From positions 1-22,588 of the forward strand of contig JAEOTX010000144.1 in the NCBI GenBank assembly GCA_016839605.1: a stretch of DNA of 22,588 bases, in the 5' to 3' direction. Origin of the DNA: Candidatus Thorarchaeota archaeon. GTDB taxonomy: Archaea; Asgardarchaeota; Thorarchaeia; Thorarchaeales; Thorarchaeaceae. The position numbers and the translations under genes were made by a program. This document shows, one piece after another, positions 15,748 through 22,588 of this stretch (positions are counted from its first letter, which is position 1; each line of letters starts with the position of its first letter). Below the pieces are notes generated by a model. That model searched no databases. It saw only the letters and a program-made list of their open reading frames with translations, and had not been told where the DNA came from.

Positions 15748-18700
15748 CTAGATGTCTTCCTCTTCAGGTGGTAGAAGCTCTTCAAGTTGCGCCTTGGAGA
15801 GTTTATTGAGTTCTTCCATTCCCATTAGTTCTTTTAGCTCATCAGGGAGAAGCTCTATGATCTCAGCTTTTGTCAAGCGAGTCTTTGGTTTGGATTCAGA
15901 CACGTCGGTTTCATCCGCATCTATTGGAGTGGGTTCTTCAACTGTTTCCGCTTCGATGATTTCAAAATCTTCATCCTTGGATGGGGGAGCGGTCTCGACG
16001 CCGTCGTCAGCAATCTCGGAGAGTGGCCTATCATCCTCTCTTCTACTTCGCATTGCTCCTGATGCTCTTGAGAGACCCTTTGCCATCTTTGAAGATGCAT
16101 ACGGAATCACCAGTAGGAACACAACTGGCAGGAGTACAATGACTCCAAGGGAGTAGCTCCTGAGGAAGTCCATGGTGAGAACTGTAGTTCCAGCTAGTAC
16201 AACTAGGAACATGAAGAATTTCATCCGGATGGATGAACCCAAGCTCTCAACAAGATCCACACACTCTTGCTCGACAACTATTGGCGGTGTTCCTAGGACC
16301 GCCATTTCGTTGATTCGAGAGAGTCCTTTACTGATCTCCCTATAGACATTCAGCACGACTATTACAATTGAGGAAATGTAAGCCGCGAATATCGTCATCA
16401 TTATGGTTGGTACTTGAAGTTCGCCTAGGTGAAAGACATTTTCCAATACATAGAATTTCAGCCACTCAATGTGTTGACCCCAGTCGAATATCTGTATAAT
16501 AACAATTGGGACAAAAATCAGATGCCAAAGCCCCAGAACCATCCGTCTTCTGCCTATATTCTGAGTGGCCAAGATCGAAGATGATGAATCTCTGTACAAC
16601 CATATTCCATACAGTATTAGTGAGATGCCTAGCACCAAAATGCTCTCCACAACAGCTAAACCGAACTCGCCTGCCCCTGCTAAGAAATATGAATGGAAGA
16701 TAGTAAAACCGGCGAGAGCTACGACTGTTCCATATAGATAGTCTAGTTTTCGCAAACCTCGAAGGAGGTTCTCTTGTGACCCTCTTGTGATTGATAAGCC
16801 AGATGAGATTCTAAAGTAGATGAGCAATCCAATGAAGCTGATTATGAATGAAACCGTAAAGACCGGACCAAATGATTCTACGGTCAGTGGTATCTGAGGA
16901 ACTGCTACGATGACCGGCACTGGATCTGGTGCTTGCCCAGTATAAGGAACACACATTATTCCCTCTGCTAAGATTCTGATATACTCATCACCATATCCAT
17001 GAGATGCTACTACATAGGAAACGAAGTATACTCCATTTTGAGCTGTTTCTACTGGGTCCTTGTAGATATTTTGGAAAATTACAGTGATATTCAGATCCGA
17101 CACTGGGTTCCCATATTTATCCGTCACATCAATTGTGATGTTAAGCAGCTCTCCCTGTTGAGGTATCTCCGGCAAGAACTCTACATGGAACTGCAACTCC
17201 GCAAGAACCCCCACTACGCCCCTTATTGAGGAATCTTGAGCTAAGTATGGGTGACTAAACATCAAGGTGTAGTTGTAATCACCAGCAGCCCAACCTGCAG
17301 TAGACACAACTCTTGTGTAAGTTCCGTTGCCATGATCTGTAAGGACAAAGAACGAATCATGTATGAGTACTGAAACAGAACCACCGTCCATTACATTATC
17401 AAGCATGTCCTTCAGGTCTGCCTTGAAGATAATGGAATCTGTTCCTTGTACGAATGTCGTGTTAACAATCGGTGATAGCACTGTGGCATTTACTTGACTT
17501 TTTACATCAATCAGAAGAGTGGTTGAACTCGTGGGAATATGTAGACCAGAGATTGTAACATTGAGGAGGTATGAACTGGGAGTCAATTGTGGTATGAAGG
17601 TCCAGATGAGTTTGAAGTAGTCAGCAGTTCCTGATAGGCTATATTGCCCGCCAAAGTCGAGGGTGTAGTTGTAATCGCCTATTGGATTACCATTCTGGTC
17701 TTCCACTGATATTGTAAATGTGGCATTATCATAATTCAATACGACCAAGGGATCTGTGTCCACTCTAACAATAGCATCTCCTGTTATATCGAACCCTCGT
17801 GTCAGCTGTTGCGTTTCCATAAATGCGCCAGAAACAGTTATCTGAGCACTGTATTCCCCTAGCGGGAGGGCAGAAGTTGCGACATTGATTTCATAAATGC
17901 CCACACTTGTTTCAGTGAGTGGGTAAGTAGTCCCATGCAGATAGAGGGTTACAGTGGCACCTGTAATGTATGAGGTTGCATTGTCTCGTACGCGGACAAC
18001 AAAATTGATTGTATCGCCCTGCGCGAATGTCGAACCCGGTGTGGGTTGCATGATTTGTGCAGCTACAATTCCTTGCACGCCAATGCTCACATTGTGAGTT
18101 GTTCTCAGAATTAGGGTGCTCTGAACTGTCAAGTTGAGCCAATAGCTTCCTGGAATGAAACTTGGATCTACCTCCCATGAGAGCTTGTGAGTCAAGGATA
18201 ATCCTGATGCATTGTAGACCCCTGCGAAGTCAAGGGTGTAATCGAATCCACTCAAGGGGTTGCCATAAGTATCTGTAACAGTGAAATCAAACGTTACATT
18301 ATGCTGATTTAGAACTGGACTTGGTGTGATTGAAAGGTCTACATTGGCATAGCCCTTAATGTACAGTTCCATGGAGAGTGACTGTGTCATTAGGTAGTCA
18401 TGTGATATGCCGATTGTGACATTGTATAGTCCTAATGGAATCCCTGCTGTCGGTACATCTCGGAAATAGACTCCGGCAACTCCTTCTGTCAAGGAGTATG
18501 TGCTCCCACGAATAGTTGCAGTCACTTGAGCCCCAGAGATAGAATAGCCAGCCAAATCATCTACAACTACTGTGAAGTTTATCTGATCGCCTTGGAGGTA
18601 AGTTGACTGATTCAATGGAGAGGGCATACTTGACAGCGGATTACCAATGACATCTACCCAAACCGCAAACTCACTCTGTGACAGAAATGGGCCGGTTATT

Positions 18701-21700
18701 GTCATATTGAGCGGGTACAGACCTGGATAGATATCGGGCTGGAAGTCCCAGAAAACCTCATAGTAGTATGACGTATCTGACTTAGTGAATGTTCCAGCGA
18801 AGACGAAACTATAATCGAATTCGTACAATGGGTTGCCATAGATGTCAACAACCGCGAAATCGAATGTCACATTTTGATGGTTGAATACCAGATCAGGAAC
18901 GAAGACATCCACAACTGCTTGCCCGTTGACAGTCAACACATTATAGGAATCATCTGGAAACAGGTATGTGTGTTCCACCAGAATAAGCAGGGAATAATTC
19001 CCAGGCGCATAGCCTGTGGTATCTAAATCGGCCCAATATGTGCCATCGCCACCTGGCGTGAATAAGACGCTTTCAGGACTCAACATCGTCACTGTCGCAT
19101 CAACAACTGGGACCCCCTGCCAATCCATCACGGTGACAGTCAACCAAATCAAGTCCCCCTGATTCAATACCCAATCCAGCGAAGACTCTACCACAGTATC
19201 TGAGTATGAATAAACGAAAAGATCGTGAGCATCAGCCCTTGGCTCTCCAAAGGTAGCTCCAACATAGACAATGAAGCTGTGCTGACCAATACTTAATGAC
19301 GCATTCAATTCAACTCTGAATTCTGGGCCTTCAATATGTGTAGCAGTGTAATTGACTCCGTTGAGTTCTACTTCAACCCATGCTCCTCCTGGTTTAACAC
19401 CATACAAGTCGTAAACAAAGATGGAAACAGTGAAGTTCTTCCCTCCCTCGACATCGGACTCATAAGCGACAGCGGGGGCGAGAGTTCCAGTCACTGCCAT
19501 GTGATACTGACCAAACTCAGTGCCCTCGACGTAAGGGTGCTGGATGATGATGTCTGCTGTGTAGTTTCCGACTGGCATTGCAGCTACACTGTCTAGTAGG
19601 TATCTTCCAGGCTCAATCTCCACCAGTGCGAATTCTGTAATTCCGAAGTCCACCGACACGCTAGCACTGTCAAGTGGATTTCCATATGGGTCAGTGATGT
19701 TGAGCCACGTTGTGAAGAAATCATCCTGGAGTGTTTGTAGGGGAGAGCTCCGTGTAACTGTCAGATTGTCAGCAACAATTGAAACAGATTTCGAATGAAT
19801 TGTCCCGATGGTGGCAAACTGGTGGTCAGCAGAAGCCATAACTGTGTAGCTATTGGGTGCAAGATTGATTCCGGTAACTGAGGTGTAGTACGCTCCTCCT
19901 ACATAGGACACGGGATAGTCAACACCATCAAGTGTCACATTGACATCTGCATCAGTGACTTTCGCACCCAAGCTGTCTGTAACAGTTATGTTGATTTCAA
20001 GATCGCTTCCCTGCAGCACTTCAGACTCAGTGAACAGCGTTATGCTCAGTGGAGACTCGACTGTCAAAGCGTTCTCGAATTCTTGCACCTCGCCCTCGTA
20101 GTACCCATGACTGACAGAGAGTGACAAGTTTGCTAATCCCATTGGCCAATTCGGAGAGACCGTCGTGGTGTATAATTCGGCGAATTCATCATAGACCATT
20201 CCCAATGTCTGCTCAGATGTGCCCCCTCCAAAGCGATATGAGGCAACTAGGGATACAGAGGCATCACTTACTGGGTCACCATATACATTCAAGACGGTAG
20301 CATTTGCCCATAGGCTGCTTCCCTGAATTGTTAGATTCGTCTCTAGGTCAAATGTGACATCAAGCAAGTAGAGAAGGTCAATGTTACGAATCGTTGCCAA
20401 TGTGTTTCTGGCTTTGAACACCGGAAAAGCGACAATGTCATCTCCCGCCCCAACATCCACGTTCCCAATGGGAGCCATGTTGAATGCGATACCTGCATTG
20501 GCTCTGTAGTCAATCGTGCCGTCAAAACTGATTGCAGTAAGAAGATCGTCGGCTGTGGAAATAACAAACTCCTTCTCGCCATCTCCATCAAAGTCCAGGA
20601 TTATTTCACTTCTTGGTATAGCATCGCTTACATACACGCTCCACAACTGGACAGCTGTTGAGGATAGCTCATAGAGTGTTGCGTTTCCACCATCATCAAG
20701 ATACGATAGCTCATCAACTCCGTCATCATCAACGTCGTAGGGCAAGGTGACCCTGTTGTGCTGACCTGTAAACGTGTAACTGGGCCAATCACCAACATTA
20801 ACGGTGTTCCCGTCAACAAGGCAAATATAGTTCGTAGGCACATCTATGAGCCAACTGCGATAGACCACCAATAGCTGCTCGCTTGAATGCGTGGAATTCT
20901 TGTATACTTGAATGCTGAATGGCTCATCGAAGATTGTTGCGCCAGGCGAGGAATAGTTTAGTGTCTTAATATGGGTTACATTGTTGAGGTGGTACAGATA
21001 GACCTCGTTGCTATCTCTCAATATAGCAAGCTGAGGATCTGAACCGTACAAGTTTATGGATACATAATCAACAATCGCATCTGTCTCTTTTAGATCCGCC
21101 TCGGTCCAAGTGGTGAAACTGTCATCTGCTCTAATGACGAACAGGCCAGTGCTATTCTCACCAACATAAGCCAATTCTTCAATTGTGTCACTATCATCAT
21201 CTACAATGATCATGCTGTGGTCTGATAAGGCAGGACGGAGATTGTACGATACATTCTTCCATGACGTGAACGTGTCACCGTTGAATGCCCATATTCTGAC
21301 ATGTGTGTAATTAATCCCGACGAGTATTGGATCTAACACACCATCTCCATCAAACATGCCAGTGTATACTTCGAACGCCTCATCAGTTCCCGATGCCGAG
21401 CTATTAAATGTGAATTCGCCTAGCTTTGTGAAGTTGGAGCTAAAGACTCTCAGACTTGTGGTTTTAGCTTCCTCATCAGAAGCAACGCTGTATATTCGAT
21501 TCTCTCCAAGTGAATCGTTGCCTAGTGCCAAAACATGTCTCTGAGCCTGGTCGAAGGTGACGTTATAGTGGACACCGGACGCAAGGTGGCCTTCGACTTC
21601 CATAGTGTATGGATGAGTGGAATTCCCATACAAGTAAGTATTCAGATATGGATCTACAACTTCAATGTAGTATTGGTAAACGCCAGGCTGCAAATCTGTT

Positions 21701-22588
21701 TCAAAAAAGATGTACTTCCCATTTTGTGCTTCAGTCATTTCATTTTCTTGAAAACCTGGAACCATAAGGTCTGCAGAACGGATGTAGACCTTGGCTTCTT
21801 TTACGTACATCTCATCTGTAGCAGTTAGTTCTACCTTGAGGTATGGATCATAGACTGTCGGATGAGTTGGGTAGAGCGGATCAAGGGTCACTTGAGGTGC
21901 TTCCGTATCACTAAGGAGGACATTGATTTGCCCATAAAGCATGATTGCATCACTTCTCCCATCATTGTTGATATCATATGAGAGAACCTGTTCAAATGGT
22001 CCGGGGAGTCGTGGGTCCTCGTAGCCAGTTTCACCATTACTGCCTCTAATCAGGGCAAACTGGCCTCTCGGCCCCTCAAGGAATACATCGGTGTGAGAAT
22101 CCGAATCGAGAAAATCAGTTGCGAAGCCGCGCGAGGACATACTCACACATTCCTCATGCGAAACTCTCATCAATCTTCCATCGACCCCGTTTACAAAAAT
22201 CGCTTCAGATCTTTGACCAGGGACTACTACAAGGTCGTCCTGCGTGTCCATGTTGAACTTCCCTGTCTTCACGTAGGACTCTCCCAGATATTTGGAATCC
22301 CTTAAATCAAACCTTTGAGTAAGATTGGCGTTTATTCCAGCTAAAACTCTCTCTCCAGCGTTGAGATCGAGCATGGTCACTGCTAGATTGTCGAAATCGT
22401 TCGCGTACTCAAATGATACCATGTCATAACCATGAACATGGGAATCTGACTCAATGGGAGATGGATTGATGGAGGTGCCATCACCGAATATTGTGTCAAC
22501 TTCTACCTTACTGCCGGATGTCCATGGGTCTTGGAGCCACATCACTGCAATCTCATCACCAGGCACATTCGTGAAGTTGCCTATGCAG
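15748..22588 (-). CDS. Giant cell-surface glycoprotein: FG-GAP-like propeller repeats + 13 Ig-like domains + 7-TM domain + acidic tail; 5'-truncated by window edge (>=2279 aa)
   Basis: The frame stays open beyond GTG 22566 (CIGNFTNVP...). Ca-loop motifs DINNDGRSD, DFLDSDSHTD, DVDDDGVDE, DFDGDGEKE. ~95-aa QG..V.D.YGNP..A.V..G.Y repeats. Seven hydrophobic segments at 16872-16093. Confidence 0.88.
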   Translation of the reverse strand, partial: CIGNFTNVPGDEIAVMWLQDPWTSGSKVEVDTIFGDGTSINPSPIESDSHVHGYDMVSFEYANDFDNLAVTMLDLNAGERVLAGINANLTQRFDLRDSKYLGESYVKTGKFNMDTQDDLVVVPGQRSEAIFVNGVDGRLMRVSHEECVSMSSRGFATDFLDSDSHTDVFLEGPRGQFALIRGSNGETGYEDPRLPGPFEQVLSYDINNDGRSDAIMLYGQINVLLSDTEAPQVTLDPLYPTHPTVYDPYLKVELTATDEMYVKEAKVYIRSADLMVPGFQENEMTEAQNGKYIFFETDLQPGVYQYYIEVVDPYLNTYLYGNSTHPYTMEVEGHLASGVHYNVTFDQAQRHVLALGNDSLGENRIYSVASDEEAKTTSLRVFSSNFTKLGEFTFNSSASGTDEAFEVYTGMFDGDGVLDPILVGINYTHVRIWAFNGDTFTSWKNVSYNLRPALSDHSMIIVDDDSDTIEELAYVGENSTGLFVIRADDSFTTWTEADLKETDAIVDYVSINLYGSDPQLAILRDSNEVYLYHLNNVTHIKTLNYSSPGATIFDEPFSIQVYKNSTHSSEQLLVVYRSWLIDVPTNYICLVDGNTVNVGDWPSYTFTGQHNRVTLPYDVDDDGVDELSYLDDGGNATLYELSSTAVQLWSVYVSDAIPRSEIILDFDGDGEKEFVISTADDLLTAISFDGTIDYRANAGIAFNMAPIGNVDVGAGDDIVAFPVFKARNTLATIRNIDLLYLLDVTFDLETNLTIQGSSLWANATVLNVYGDPVSDASVSLVASYRFGGGTSEQTLGMVYDEFAELYTTTVSPNWPMGLANLSLSVSHGYYEGEVQEFENALTVESPLSITLFTESEVLQGSDLEINITVTDSLGAKVTDADVNVTLDGVDYPVSYVGGAYYTSVTGINLAPNSYTVMASADHQFATIGTIHSKSVSIVADNLTVTRSSPLQTLQDDFFTTWLNITDPYGNPLDSASVSVDFGITEFALVEIEPGRYLLDSVAAMPVGNYTADIIIQHPYVEGTEFGQYHMAVTGTLAPAVAYESDVEGGKNFTVSIFVYDLYGVKPGGAWVEVELNGVNYTATHIEGPEFRVELNASLSIGQHSFIVYVGATFGEPRADAHDLFVYSYSDTVVESSLDWVLNQGDLIWLTVTVMDWQGVPVVDATVTMLSPESVLFTPGGDGTYWADLDTTGYAPGNYSLLILVEHTYLFPDDSYNVLTVNGQAVVDVFVPDLVFNHQNVTFDFAVVDIYGNPLYEFDYSFVFAGTFTKSDTSYYYEVFWDFQPDIYPGLYPLNMTITGPFLSQSEFAVWVDVIGNPLSSMPSPLNQSTYLQGDQINFTVVVDDLAGYSISGAQVTATIRGSTYSLTEGVAGVYFRDVPTAGIPLGLYNVTIGISHDYLMTQSLSMELYIKGYANVDLSITPSPVLNQHNVTFDFTVTDTYGNPLSGFDYTLDFAGVYNASGLSLTHKLSWEVDPSFIPGSYWLNLTVQSTLILRTTHNVSIGVQGIVAAQIMQPTPGSTFAQGDTINFVVRVRDNATSYITGATVTLYLHGTTYPLTETSVGIYEINVATSALPLGEYSAQITVSGAFMETQQLTRGFDITGDAIVRVDTDPLVVLNYDNATFTISVEDQNGNPIGDYNYTLDFGGQYSLSGTADYFKLIWTFIPQLTPSSYLLNVTISGLHIPTSSTTLLIDVKSQVNATVLSPIVNTTFVQGTDSIIFKADLKDMLDNVMDGGSVSVLIHDSFFVLTDHGNGTYTRVVSTAGWAAGDYNYTLMFSHPYLAQDSSIRGVVGVLAELQFHVEFLPEIPQQGELLNITIDVTDKYGNPVSDLNITVIFQNIYKDPVETAQNGVYFVSYVVASHGYGDEYIRILAEGIMCVPYTGQAPDPVPVIVAVPQIPLTVESFGPVFTVSFIISFIGLLIYFRISSGLSITRGSQENLLRGLRKLDYLYGTVVALAGFTIFHSYFLAGAGEFGLAVVESILVLGISLILYGIWLYRDSSSSILATQNIGRRRMVLGLWHLIFVPIVIIQIFDWGQHIEWLKFYVLENVFHLGELQVPTIMMTIFAAYISSIVIVVLNVYREISKGLSRINEMAVLGTPPIVVEQECVDLVESLGSSIRMKFFMFLVVLAGTTVLTMDFLRSYSLGVIVLLPVVFLLVIPYASSKMAKGLSRASGAMRSRREDDRPLSEIADDGVETAPPSKDEDFEIIEAETVEEPTPIDADETDVSESKPKTRLTKAEIIELLPDELKELMGMEELNKLSKAQLEELLPPEEEDI

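Noticed and set aside
16587-16601. WLYRD at the end of TM3 as a GPCR DRY motif
   Set aside because: The residue order is different and a three-residue resemblance is not evidence.
16873-16990. GAIN/GPS autoproteolysis site before TM1 of the giant protein
   Set aside because: There is no C-x-C...HL/T-x-F motif, only one Cys, so nothing supports true adhesion-GPCR homology.
1276-22305. Remaining short overlapping ORFs in the track (e.g. 1912-2349, 4355-4762, 10570-10971, 12188-12769, 15752-16156)
   Set aside because: All lie within or antisense to well-supported genes and show no recognisable motifs.

Overview
Archaeal chromosomal window, most likely Asgard and Thorarchaeia-like (inferred from the longin-roadblock gene, split acyl-CoA mutase, GlcD/HdrD-type pair, TTTATG/TTTATA promoter boxes and GGTGA/GGAGG SD sites). 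It holds 17 credible CDS. Two run off the window edges: a long bactofilin-like beta-helix gene on the left, which the ORF track misses, and a >2,279-aa surface protein on the right. That surface protein is the most striking element. It has FG-GAP-like propeller repeats, 13 Ig-like domains, an apparent 7-helix N-out/C-in membrane domain and an acidic cytoplasmic tail, so it resembles an adhesion receptor. Other notable points: the B12 mutase has isobutyryl-CoA-mutase specificity residues (Phe/Gln); a CAAX-protease gene is bracketed by a perfect 15-bp direct repeat; and three unannotated gene remnants (LLM 3' end, phosphotransferase 5' end, GNAT 5' end) flank oppositely oriented membrane-protein genes, suggesting repeated gene-replacement events. 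I saw no rRNA, tRNA, CRISPR array, transposase or integrase. All family calls come from motif recognition by eye, not database searches.
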